Source: Paraphysomonas bandaiensis (Eukaryota > Protista > Chrysophyceae). From it: 64,000 bases of DNA. Every line of letters starts with the position of its first letter. Within the stretch, counting starts at the first letter, position 1. Positions 50,079-61,673 of this stretch are shown here, one piece after another. The stretch covers positions 1-64,000 of the forward strand of contig CBFFRP010000254.1 of NCBI GenBank assembly GCA_965644295.1, read 5' to 3'. The notes below the pieces were generated by a model. It searched no databases, had not been told where the DNA came from, and was given only the letters and a program-made list of their open reading frames with translations. A program made the position numbers and the translations under genes.

Positions 50079-50897
50079 TCAATATTTCCAGAACTGAACA
50101 GGGGCGTCCGTGGAGTTCAGTGGGGATACATATGTACTAGCTACTGAGTAATGTAAACTCGGTGGTATTTTATATTCCATACCATGATCCCTAAAGCTGA
50201 CACGAATTTTATCTCTTATAGTTGTCGGATAATCCCATTGTGTCGTTGGACTATCTGGACCGATTTTACGATAAAGAAATGAAAGCTCCGGTTGTAACAG
50301 AATAAAGCATGAGTTCTTAGAGCTGTACATATGACGAGAGTGATTTTGTGGGTAAAACTTTGCAAATGTAGTGATGAAAAAAGACACAGAGCTGTAAGTA
50401 AAGTACCACGACGTTGATCCCATACTTTTCATATTCATACAACGCAGCTCCAAGGGGTCATTATCGCTGATAACTTTAAGAGTACGCTTCAATGTTCGTG
50501 ATAAAGATTCAACGGAGTGTCCATATTCCTCGCCCTTAATTTCATATAGGAACCCATCTATCAGATGCCCATTAGCCACTAGATGAGTGAATATACTTAA
50601 AGGGAATAGTGAGCTCTCAATATTACTCTCAAGGCTACGACTGCAATCAAAGTCTGTGGATCCCCATAAGATAGATTTTCTGGCGAATATACATGGAGAG
50701 TTACGTTTTGTTGATTCAAAGTTATTAATGGCATCACAAGATAGTGGGTTGTACGGTAACGGACCGGATCTGGGTTTTAATAACAGTATTGTACGTGTAG
50801 AAAAATCAGATTTAGTGTTTGCATACTTTGTTTTGATAGAGTAGTATGCTATAAGGGGTATAAGCGCACCTAGTAGTAAGAATAGATGGAGAACCAT
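50079..50897 (-). CDS. YqcI/YcgG-like protein with N-terminal membrane anchor
   Basis: SPCIFARK, WYFTYSSVSFFITTFAKFYPQNHSR, FILLQPELSF and IRDKIR resemble YqcI/YcgG family motifs; intronless. Confidence 0.65.
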   Translation of the reverse strand: MVLHLFLLLGALIPLIAYYSIKTKYANTKSDFSTRTILLLKPRSGPLPYNPLSCDAINNFESTKRNSPCIFARKSILWGSTDFDCSRSLESNIESSLFPLSIFTHLVANGHLIDGFLYEIKGEEYGHSVESLSRTLKRTLKVISDNDPLELRCMNMKSMGSTSWYFTYSSVSFFITTFAKFYPQNHSRHMYSSKNSCFILLQPELSFLYRKIGPDSPTTQWDYPTTIRDKIRVSFRDHGMEYKIPPSLHYSVASTYVSPLNSTDAPVQFWKY

Positions 50898-50924
50898 CGC
50901 ATCGGATCATGTGCCTGAATATGT

Positions 50925-53900
50925 GAGCCCGGTGCCGATCAAGACACGGTTGGGGGGGTTTTTGGTGGTTCAGTGCCAGAACGGACACGTTGGAGGGTTT
51001 TTTGCTTTTTTGGGGGGTTTTCTGATCATTCCAACATACAGCACACAAGCCCAAGTGTAGCTAACAAATCCATACATCAATTCGAATGTCTATCTTAATA
51101 AGTCAAATATATCCACTTATTCAGTGATGAATTGTGATCCTGTATTGACTATGATGAGATATCATTTTACTTATGCACGTGATGGAACTCACAGAGGAAG
51201 GTCAAGTGTTTCCAGACTTTCAATCTATCATGAACCACATGCAACAGATAGCCAGTTGTGGAGGCACACGTACAGGAAAACAACTGCGACGCGATCCACA
51301 TGTAGCTCAAGGAAGCAATAGAGTTACTATGATATGTATGAATCCAGCATGTGCTCTAAGATTATGTGCTCGGCGTAAGCGTGATAAAACATACTATATG
51401 GATAGTGCTGCAAGTATTAAGGAGCATTATGTGTTGAACGAGGATGGTATGAGAATTCCTTGTGTCGTCTTCGGAAAAGCATCACAGGTTTATATATATA
51501 TATATGAATGAACTTTTCATTATTCAGTTCTTCAAGAACGAGGTGTTGAACAATGAAAAGTTTGCAGTGATCATGAAGGATGTTGGAGTCGGTCCTCGTA
51601 ATATTAGCACTACCCGCATTCAGGTGAGAACACACACACATCATTGCCATCATATACGAGCTATAATGTTCTTGTGATGCAAGGCATTTACTACTGTAAT
51701 TTTGTATGAAAATCTTATGATATGGGAGGGTGAGAGAATGCGCCATTTATTAGTATACCTACGCGTTTCTGTTCTCACCACTGAATACACAAATATATTA
51801 GTCGACACAAAGATATATCGCAATGTATAAAATATAAGTGCTCTTTTAACTAGCAACTTCTGTTGGTTGATGGCATAAATGCCACGCCCGATGTGGTTAA
51901 GAAAGCTGCAGCACTCAGTCGAATTCAAGTAGAAGACCAATTGGGCAGTTTTTCATTGCTAGAGCCATTTCTAGAGCTGTACAAAGAACAAAATCCCGGT
52001 GCTCATTACGAACTTCGCCGTAACGATATTACGGAGGAGTTTAATAGTTTAGCATTTGTTTTTCCATACGTTAAGAATTGCATTGAACACGAGTACCTGA
52101 GGCGCATATTTGGTCTGGATGTTTCTCATATGAAGAAGATTTCCCTACAGGGCGATATCATTATACGACCAATGTTTTTAACGGTTGTGAGTGGACGAAC
52201 CCTTGATAATCACATGATAGTATGTGGGTTTGCAATAACATTTGCTGAATGTAGAGACGACATAGACTTTTTGAATGCAGCTATGATAGAAGCTGGGGTC
52301 GTTCTCAATGATCCACGGAATACTATTTTGAGTGACCGAGGTACTGCTGAGATATCATTTCTACAGAGAAGTCTCCCGTTAGCCTTTGAATTTCATTGTG
52401 GAATTCATTTGGAAAGAAACTTGAAGAGCAAGGGATGGTCACATTGGTTGCCACTCTACTGGAAAGCACGCAATGCTCCAACTATCGTTGAACATATGAG
52501 ATGTATGAGGTATGAGGTAAATGATTGCAATACAAGAGTAACATATATATACTTCTACTATAGTGTCATAGAATCTTCATGCAAACCGATGTATGAGTAC
52601 CTAAGCAAACTCAACAACTGGCAGTTATACCAAGCTGTGGACACAGGGCATATGTTGTACGATTGGAAGAGTGATAATATTGTTGAAGCAATCTTCGCAT
52701 GGTGCCGTGAAACAAGATTTCTGAATCCTTACATGTTTGTAAAGAAGTTTTTAGTTGATATATTAGAGAGTAATAACAGGCGGAAGGATGACATTGCTCG
52801 GTTGCAGACTGTACTCCATCCCCAAGCTGAACAACACTTTCATGTAATATCGCACGTGTAAATTGTGCAATAGTAAGCTTAATATGTTAGGTAATGTGTA
52901 TAATTGCTTACATTCTAATATTTTATACTTGATAGGATATACAGAAAAAAGTCAGACATTGTCCAATGGAGGTTCACATTCTCGATACTGTGAGCGAGCG
53001 AGGTATTGTGCATACCATCACGGATGCAGTGCATAGAAGCGAGTTGAGAAATGTGGACTTGTCTAAGCAGAAATGCGACTGTGGAAAGTATCAACAAACA
53101 GGACTACCGTGTAAGGATGCGTGGTTCCTGCTTAAAGAGTTGTATCCGAATGGAATGCCACAAGACCTATTTTCGGAGAAATACTTTCATAAAGACTGCT
53201 TTACTATGAGAGTAAAAAATATGTTTGCAGACGTGCCTGAATTGTTAGGCACGATTCCCTCTACTTCAGAAGTTGATAATCGATTGCGATCCAAATCGTT
53301 TAGGACTATCAAAGCTCCTCTTGCTAATGATTCCAAGTCTTACAGGAGTTCGAAACGATTGACTAGTACCGGAGAAAGTTCTAGCAGGTGCTGTCAGATA
53401 TATTTATTCTTATACATTTATAACGCACAACAGTTCTACTAGTCAGGCTTCATTCAAAAAGCAAAAGAAACAGTGTCCCGACTGTCACCAGTGGCTCTCG
53501 CGCAAGACGCTGCATCCCACCAGTGCATGTAGCAGGTATTGTATTCGAAATGGCATCAGTCCGCCTGAGGTTATTCTTTCCGGCTATATTGACGAGTTGA
53601 GTTACCCTGATGATATCGCTGAGCTATCAGAATCGCCTGCTGAAGAAACTGCAACACACTTTAGTTAGAAATCGGTTATGTATTCCATAATTTATGTGGC
53701 CGCATGTATATTATCGTTTAGTTGGGCAATTACATATCTTTAATTTTAACGAAATGTGTCTTTACTGTCGTTGAGTTGTTGCTCAGTGATAAAATTCATG
53801 CACGGTAGTGTTTAGTGTTTTAAACTGTACTTGACTAGCTAGAACCTTTGTCATACTACTAATAATAAATGATCACATTAACCACTTCTTGTAATATTCT

Positions 53901-54742
53901 AGTTAGTTGAAATAACTTTTGTAATTCTGTGATAGCTAGATACTAGGGCTGATGTAAAAGAGTTTGAAAGTTGTCCTTATCTATACTCTATACAGTCATT
54001 GAAAATTTACATGTCATACACCCTGATAATACTAAACTGAAACCAAGACTATACACACAGAACGGGGGGTAGGCGTCCTGGGGGCACAACAACATTACTT
54101 TAAAAGGAATAAAACAGCTATATCTTTTAGTGTGTAGTCAAAAGTCAAAAGAATATCAATACACGAATTACAATATCATTAACAGAAGCACACAAATTCA
54201 CTGTTATAAAAGTATACATAATACCAACAGTATGGAACTATTCAAGCAGCCACTAATCCACCTTCTACGAGTTACTTGTGCTCTTGCATGGCGCCATAAG
54301 ATTCATTTGGCAACAAAGGCAGGGGATGTCAATCAAAGAAGATTATAGATATGCCAATATTTACTCATATATTTCTGATTCCTACACCTGTTCATCTGAA
54401 AGACTCCTATATTCGATCTCATCGGAGTATAAGAGTGGCTAGCAGGACTATGAATGCATGTTCTTCGAGATCTAGCAACTGCTCCACGTTGGCCTTTTAT
54501 AGCCCTAGCTGTGTCGATAGAGCATCGAGCTGGGTCCCTCGTCCAACTGGAAAGCCATTCACAGGGGAGTTGTGAACACAATGTACCTTCCTGCCTTCTA
54601 TATGTTGGCAGTGAGTGTGCTGTATGTTGGAAAGGAAAATGTCAGAAAACCCCCCAAAAAAGCAAAAACCCCTCCAATGTGTCCATTCTGGCACTGAACC
54701 ACCAAAAACCCCCCCAACCGTGTCTTGATCGGCACCGGGCTC
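50925..54742 (+). mobile_element. Complete Mutator-like (MULE) DNA transposon
   Basis: ~125-bp TIRs (50925-~51046 and ~54615-54742) starting GAGCCCGGTGCCGATCAAGACACGG. 10-bp TSD CTGAATATGT at 50915-50924 and 54743-54752. Internal transposase gene. Confidence 0.96.
51173..53668 (+). CDS. MULE transposase, multi-exon
   Basis: N-terminal CMNPAC..EH (WRKY/FAR1-like), catalytic GLDVSHM, ILSDRG, CGIHLERN, DNIVEAIF, SWIM-like CDCGKYQQTGLPCKD, and C-terminal CPDC..H..C. Confidence 0.9.
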
Positions 54743-55072
54743 CTGAATATGTAGTGCTGATATAATAACTTCATGATCATTCAGCCAATCATATTGCGAG
54801 GAAAATTATATGTCATACTTCGTGAAAAATTATTATACATACATAATACAGATTGTATATATCGTATGTACTAACACTACAGCAGGATGTGTGTATCTGT
54901 ATACCGTATACCGGTAGTATACATCGACATGGACATGTAGCTATACGGTAGAGGACTATGTACCTACAGTATGCTGTCTGTACACAGAGCTCTACCCCAT
55001 ACACATACACATATATATAATAACACTATGTGGACAGAGTGTTTTAAACTCTCATCTAATAGCTTAATTTAG

Positions 55073-56561
55073 ATGACATCTCACCCAACATATTACCAAA
55101 CCATCACCTCACCCCCAGTATCCAAGGCTGAGATTATCGACCAGAGTTTTGAAGATGTAGCCTGTAAAATAAGACCTGTGGATGGACAGGAATCTGTGTG
55201 GTGCTTTAGAGAGCAGTGTGTTCCATGGTTCTCATGGATGACTCCTGTCGATAAAATATCAGCTTATTTGACAAGTATTTCAAGTTTATGCAGTGAGGGG
55301 TCGTACTGCCATATACTCAAACAGTGGAAAAGATATTTCGTTACAAGAGATGGAATCCTGTTGGAACTAGTGGAGGATGTGCCTGAAGCAGGTGGCCAGA
55401 ACTGTCTGTGGGCAGCAGGACTTGTGATGGCCAGGTAGCCATATGCTAAGCGTTGATTGATATTTACCACTCCGAAGTTTTGCTTGTTTGTGCAATATAT
55501 TGCATGCGAATCAAGTTTATTGTCTATAACGAACTGACTGTTATGCCTAGGTATATGGACAATGCAACAAGAAGTGGACTTAGTTTGAATAAGAAGCGCG
55601 TGTTAGAGCTTGGAGCTGGTGCGGCATTACCAAGTATGGTGGCTGCACTGCATGGAGGTACTGGACTGTAGTGAAGTATAATACTGTAGTGGCTATTTCA
55701 TATCGCAATGACAGTGTGGTCATTATTGTGCGAGTAAGGTATTCGTAGTATTCGGACTGATAGAGATAGATATTATATGTGTTTTGTGAACAACCTTTGT
55801 TCTAAACATTAACATCCAGGTGTGGTTTATAGCACAGAGCAGAAAACGTGCATGAAGTATCTACAGGTGAGGCGCTGTCATATGCGATTGTTGTGTGACG
55901 ACAAGTTTTAAACTAGTATGTTCCTTGTGTATGTGAGTAGCTATTGTATTAGAAAAGTAGTGGACATTGCTTACGTGTCAACAACTTTTGATTCATAGTT
56001 TTGTGTGCTGAACAGGACAATCTTCGACTGAATCCTGTAGTAAAAGTACACGCACGCGAGCTTCATTGGACATCCCGCAGCGAAGAAGAAAAGTTTGATA
56101 TTATTCTAGGTACAAAGTATACCTTTATTGTATGATAATATATAATGAGTTGTACGTCTGGCATAATATTGAATACACAATATTAATGAGATGGATAGAG
56201 TAATTGTTTAGAAATTCTGTTTGAATACATCTATGGGATGAGATATGCAGTGCTTTTTCTTTCCAGAGGTTATGAGGTATCTGATAATCACTGTCTTCTA
56301 GGGTGTGACATTACGTATGATGTTCATAACTTTGATGCTATATTTGAAACCGTGGAAAAGTGCTTATTGAAACATGGAATGCTTTTGATATGCCATGATG
56401 ATGATTCGTGTCCGTTGTCTAGCCGTGCTAAATGTGATCTTGAGAAGGCCGCTTTGAATATCGGGTTGTCTATGGAACCAGTAGTGTATCAGCACATCGT
56501 TGGACAGTCATATGTATCGCCTTCTATTAAAATGTGGAAGTTTTGTTTTATCAAACAGTGA
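55073..56561 (+). CDS. METTL21/Methyltransf_16-family protein lysine methyltransferase, multi-exon
   Basis: GGQNCLWAAGLVMARY, KRVLELGAGAALPSMVAA, RELHW, FDIILGCDITY. Confidence 0.9.
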
Positions 56562-57475
56562 ATTAAATCCGTTGTACATTGCATAGATTTGAAATCAATT
56601 TGAGATTTCGTAATAATGATATTAACAATTCGAACTGCGATGAAATTCGAAATGTGAACTGGTTTGAACCATACGGTGGTGCAATTAAGGTGAGCCTCAC
56701 TCTCTAGACTGTGGACGACGTTCTATCCATTCTGTAAATTGTAAACCAATACTGATTTACAGCTACGCGAAAATACTCTTCTACTTTTTGAGGACTAGTG
56801 TAAGTGTACATTGTGCTTATAACAGATTCAATCGACATTTCAATTGTATCTATCATCTCTCCCTACTTTTTACTCTCCATATCCGTCCGTCTTCTAATTT
56901 CCATATGATATTTCGGATTGCTAGTCTCTCTTACGAAGGAACTCCTCCTCATTCCATTCCGACTCATTCATATGCAGGCTGTCCTGCAAACTGAACTCAC
57001 TTGAATACATCCAGTAATTATGCTACTTACTAAAATTAGTGTCCACTACACTTGAGGACTCAAACATGATGAGCTCTTCTATCCAATATTAACTATTTTC
57101 GTAGCCAATGATTAAAGTAATGAATACAAAACTTCCTCGTATATACATGGTAATGTGATTAAACCTGTTATGATTGCATTGATGGTGATATATTGCCATA
57201 GAGATGCATATATCGTAATCTTATCAAGATATGTGTCCCTATACGGTATACCATATCTAGATATACACAGTACCATATAGGAAATACCGTAACATGGTCA
57301 CATGCATGTACCAGTATACCGTATACTACAGTACTATATAGCCAATCACATGATCGAGATATCTCAGCCAATCATGCATCACTACACTGATATATCACCT
57401 TTATATGTGTCCCTACAGACACCATATACTACTATGCATAGACTGACACACTCATAACACAACATACATCTAGAC

Positions 57476-59077
57476 ATGGCCTCATATGAAGAGATTGTCT
57501 CTCTCTACAATCAGACATGTGATCTGATTGAATGCAATGGTTCAATTAATACAATAGAACATCAACTGAACACATGTATAAATAGTTTAAGAGATTTCTT
57601 AATTCCATTTGATAGCACCATTTCGACACTCTTATCTCGATCCCTCGTGCTTCTGGGACAGCTGATAGAGTGGCGAGATTATGAGCAAGCCAAGAGGTGT
57701 TATGAAGAGGCCATTGAGGTGGGGGGTGATACCTCTGAGGGTCATTTACAGCTGGCCCGGTGTATATGGAAGAAATCGTCCACATGGGAGGAATGGAAGA
57801 TAGTAGAGGATCATTTAATTCGATCAATTCAATGTGCGGAAAGTTGCGAAGGTGATGATGTGGCGCAGGAGTCTAAGCAACTACTTGCACGCTTGTACTG
57901 TCAGTCGAAAAGGGGTCCAGAAGCCTATCAACTACTGCACAGTATGGGATTCAAGTTCGCTCTCTCCGCAGCTATGTCAACTGGTCTGAGTTTACAACCT
58001 AGCACTCTACAAAGATCTAGGCGGCAACAGCAGCATATCGTGTGTGTGTATGATGACGTTCTCCCGAATGACCTTTTCAACTACGTAGTGTCGCTTTTTT
58101 CTCCTTCATCTATATTCTGGACCGCCCATCGATATGACTCTCCGAGCACAGGATTTTTCTCTTATCAACACCAACTCTGCCGATCTCCTCTCCTTGTAGA
58201 CAGTTCGGCTCCGTTTGATATAGTTTTGCACCACATATGGGGGGTCGTATGCGAAGGCATGCCTTCACTTCGTCGAGCTCGTTATGCTGAGTGGTGGGCT
58301 CACAGTCGTCCCCATTGTAATGGCCATAAGCTTCATTATGACTACGTATACTCGAATGGCAAGGTGAAGCACCCTATAGCCTCTTGTGTAACTTTTGTCA
58401 CTGCCGATTGTGGAGGTAGCACTTTGGTTCTCGATGAGACAATTTCACAGCCATATACTAGTAGAGGCTATCTTGTAAATCCGAAAGTTAATCGATGTGT
58501 GTGTTTCCGAGGTTCGCAATTACATTGTGTTCTACCAGGATCAGGCCCGAGCCCCAGCAAAGACGCTAAGAGAACTACCTTTATGATAGCATTTTGGGAA
58601 GAAGATCCGAAGGCCAAACATTTCCCGATAACAAGAGGTGGAGAAAGCGGAATAACAAAGCTGGGACGAAAGCCGCCTAATAGTCGAGTTAGGTCTAATA
58701 AAGACGACCGGCACTCGTGGATTGATTTGTTTAGTAGCCCTCTAGATTCAACACAGAAGTGTGATGAAGCAGCAGGTGACAAAGTTGATCCTCGGTTCGG
58801 CTCATATGCAACTATGCGAAACGATGACGCTGTTATTTGCGTCGATGATGTCGCTATTAACTTGGATGACGTGTGTGGTGTGAATACGTCGACAACGAAA
58901 CGAAAGCGTTTCACTATGCCTCGGGTGTCACTTCTTGACGATAATGTTTTTGCGCACTTTGATGCGTTGAACAGTGGCCTCGTTCTTGCTGAGACAGGTG
59001 TGTGTAGTTTAAACTGCGGCGGAACTTGCGATGAATGTAGAGATCAATCGCGCAGCAATAGTGGTAGTCGTATTTAA
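57476..59077 (+). CDS. TPR-repeat plus 2OG-Fe(II) oxygenase-like protein
   Basis: TPR-like LVLLGQL..AKRCYEEAIE; oxygenase-like AEWWAH..LHYD..GGSTLV..PKVNRCVCFRGSQLHCV..RTTF; Cys-rich C-terminus. Confidence 0.8.
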   Translation: MASYEEIVSLYNQTCDLIECNGSINTIEHQLNTCINSLRDFLIPFDSTISTLLSRSLVLLGQLIEWRDYEQAKRCYEEAIEVGGDTSEGHLQLARCIWKKSSTWEEWKIVEDHLIRSIQCAESCEGDDVAQESKQLLARLYCQSKRGPEAYQLLHSMGFKFALSAAMSTGLSLQPSTLQRSRRQQQHIVCVYDDVLPNDLFNYVVSLFSPSSIFWTAHRYDSPSTGFFSYQHQLCRSPLLVDSSAPFDIVLHHIWGVVCEGMPSLRRARYAEWWAHSRPHCNGHKLHYDYVYSNGKVKHPIASCVTFVTADCGGSTLVLDETISQPYTSRGYLVNPKVNRCVCFRGSQLHCVLPGSGPSPSKDAKRTTFMIAFWEEDPKAKHFPITRGGESGITKLGRKPPNSRVRSNKDDRHSWIDLFSSPLDSTQKCDEAAGDKVDPRFGSYATMRNDDAVICVDDVAINLDDVCGVNTSTTKRKRFTMPRVSLLDDNVFAHFDALNSGLVLAETGVCSLNCGGTCDECRDQSRSNSGSRI

Positions 59078-59199
59078 TTCAATGTGAAAGCTGACAGTAC
59101 AAAGTTTAGCATGTTATTATAGTAGATAGTGCAATATATATTTCTTAACCAAGAACAGCAACATGATGAGAAATGCCTAATATAATATATAATTTTAAT

Positions 59200-59681
59200 T
59201 GTCAAGATATGACACAATTGGATGATTAGTACGTTAACTGGACGTGTATTCACTCATGAATCAAGTTAAGATAAGAGAAGATTATAATAAATATAATAAG
59301 CGATATATCACGTTACCTCTACTACCACTCATTTCTAGTACGATCTTACATCGTCATGATATCACTTCTCATAATACAGTTAACCACTACTGTATTCTCC
59401 AGTAACCGTCATAATTCCAATATCTTAGAATTACAGCTTTAATTGCCCAAAACAGCAAAACTCAACACTCCCTCTCAATTCAAAGCTGTACATTGAATTG
59501 TCAAACCACGAGTCATAACTGACGGATACGCAACCACCAAGACCTCATGAGCTGTACATTGAATCTTCACATCGCAAGACATAATTGACGGATACTATAT
59601 GTAGATTGAATCCTCACATCACGATACATAACTGACGGGCAGAATTACAGCTTTTAATTGCTCCAACGGCAAAACTCAACA
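59200..59681 (-). mobile_element. Internally deleted LTR retroelement: one full LTR, PPT, short internal piece and a 41-bp stub of the other LTR
   Basis: LTR 59200-59467 (TG..CA); PPT GAGAGGGAG at ~59468-59476; 59427-59467 repeated at 59641-59681; TTAAT on both flanks (59195-59199, 59682-59686). Confidence 0.75.
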
Positions 59682-60009
59682 TTAATTACTATAGTGTGTG
59701 CTAATCTACCTGCAGTGAAAATAATATATCAGGGGGGCATTGAAGAGTGGTTGGAAAAGGACAACTGTATTAGTTCAAAATGTAGTACAAGTACTTGAGA
59801 CTTGAAAACACAATTTTTTTGAATTGGTTGAACGAAATAAAAAAATCAGGGCCTATCATTTATCTCACTGACATCATTTTTATCTCGCAGGTTCTCTTGT
59901 CCCCGTCCTCCTTCTGTTCACGGCTGCTGAAGTGGTACCGTGTACGCTGACACTCTGACTCTCACTACTCATGTGGCTCATCATCGCTGCATTATTCATT
60001 GAGTCAATT

Positions 60010-60185
60010 ATAAGTGACACTTATTATTGCCCCTTGTACCAGGCAAGCTTTTGGATATGAGTGGGCAGAACAATACCTGCTGACTATATATGCGGCCATT
60101 AGATTCCCGGAGAAATATCTCCGGTACTTATCCCCCAGAACACCACACGAAAAGGTGCAAGTCCGTCTTTGTTGAGGGTAACCCT
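60010..60185 (+). repeat. Copy D of the dispersed coding-like repeat family (3' portion)
   Basis: AAGTGACACTTATT..CCCTTGTACC..TATGAGTGGGCAGAA..CTCCGGTACTTATCCCCCA..CTTTGTTGAGGGT matches the reverse complement of ~17000-17170. Confidence 0.9.
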
Positions 60186-60529
60186 ATATCTGTGAATGAC
60201 TTATGATCCACTTATATGGGACTTCATTGTTTACGGAGAGGAATGTTATTGTTCGTCGCGATATTTTTTTTACCAATGAAATCAAAGATATCTGTTCAGA
60301 AATATTAGGTTTTATCTTAATATAAGATAGTATATGTGATATATATCATCAACTGAATTAATGATTGTATCTGTTGAAGATACCTTCAGTTATTCTTCTA
60401 ACTATTCCGTTGTGTGAAAATTTTCTATATTGCTGTGTTCACTTTACACTCTAATAATCACAACATTCTTCGTACTATTACTAGGCTTAAATCTGCATTT
60501 GGTAGCGGATGTCAATTAAAGTTACAAGT

Positions 60530-61500
60530 TATGACTCAACCGACTCGGATTCGACAACCGACAATCGAAAAGATCAATGCCAAAATTCGATGCAAAGAAC
60601 TTTTTCAGGTGGCATAAGAAGTGCCGTGCTTGGTTCTATCGCAAGTCTAAGGTCGTTTATACTCTACTAAAAGATCCAATCGAGCCTGAAGCAGGAGATA
60701 ACACAGATGACGAGAACTACCACTATCGACTCGAACAATATCAGGATGCAAAACGATATTATGATGAAGGAAATAACAACCTATGGTCAGTCATTTCGAG
60801 CTATATCATTGATCAGAATAAAAACGCTGAAGGGATTTCGGAGAACGTCCCGATGGAGATGGTAAAACCACCTGGACCGATTTGTTGAACCACTTCAAGG
60901 AAAAAACGGCAAATGACGTAATCACTGATCTCATTGAACAATTCCAGATTCCGGTTGCACAGTCCCTATTACGCCTGAAGCCAGATACTCTACAAAGTAA
61001 TGTATTATGTTGAATGTCACACTGATATCCAAACAGCAAAATCAAGATCAACTACCTCTTCTTCAGGTCATGGAAGACTGGGTTTAATTCCTAATTGCAG
61101 TATGTAGACCACAAGCATCAAGAACCCTCATATCCATTAGCCATTTGGACGACCTTGGATGCAAAATTGTGTTCGAAAATCAGTCCGTTGAGATATAGTT
61201 AAAGACGGAATACTGTTTTCGAAAAGGCAGGGTAAGAGAGTTCTACTATCAGATCTCGGGACTTCTATTGACGAGTCTCACCTCGCCTCAACTGCTTCTG
61301 GACCACCTACAGTAGTCTTAGCACATAAAGGACTCGCACGCGCCTCCATCATAGGACTGATACAGAAAGCAATAAAATCTCGTCTGATAACCGGCGGTGT
61401 CAAGCTGATGAAGGAAGAGATGAGTGTTACCTCCCTACCTGGCGGTCTATGTGACGGATGTGCAAAAGGAAAATCCCATACTATAGGCGATAGCACAGAA
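60530..61500 (+). pseudogene. Degenerate copia gag and pre-integrase fragments
   Basis: PKFDAKNFFRW..LWSVIS..DGKTTWTDLLNHFK (gag, frameshifted); GGLCDGCAKGKSH (integrase zinc-binding region) at ~61440-61480. Confidence 0.7.
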
Positions 61501-61673
61501 AAGCCACCCGCCAGATGCTGGTTAAGAGAATGAGAACAATATTTAGAGAATGTACGATGAAAAGAAGAGTCTTGTTTATGCTGCTCTTCAGAAAGTCTTT
61601 ATGGACAACTCATATCGGAAATGTTCAGCATGGTGGGGATGGTTAGAGTGCTTGGTGCAATCTCCTTGTTCAT

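Noticed and set aside
54130-54600. Second (mudrB-like) or captured gene inside the MULE
   Set aside because: Only short interrupted ORFs with no recognisable motif.
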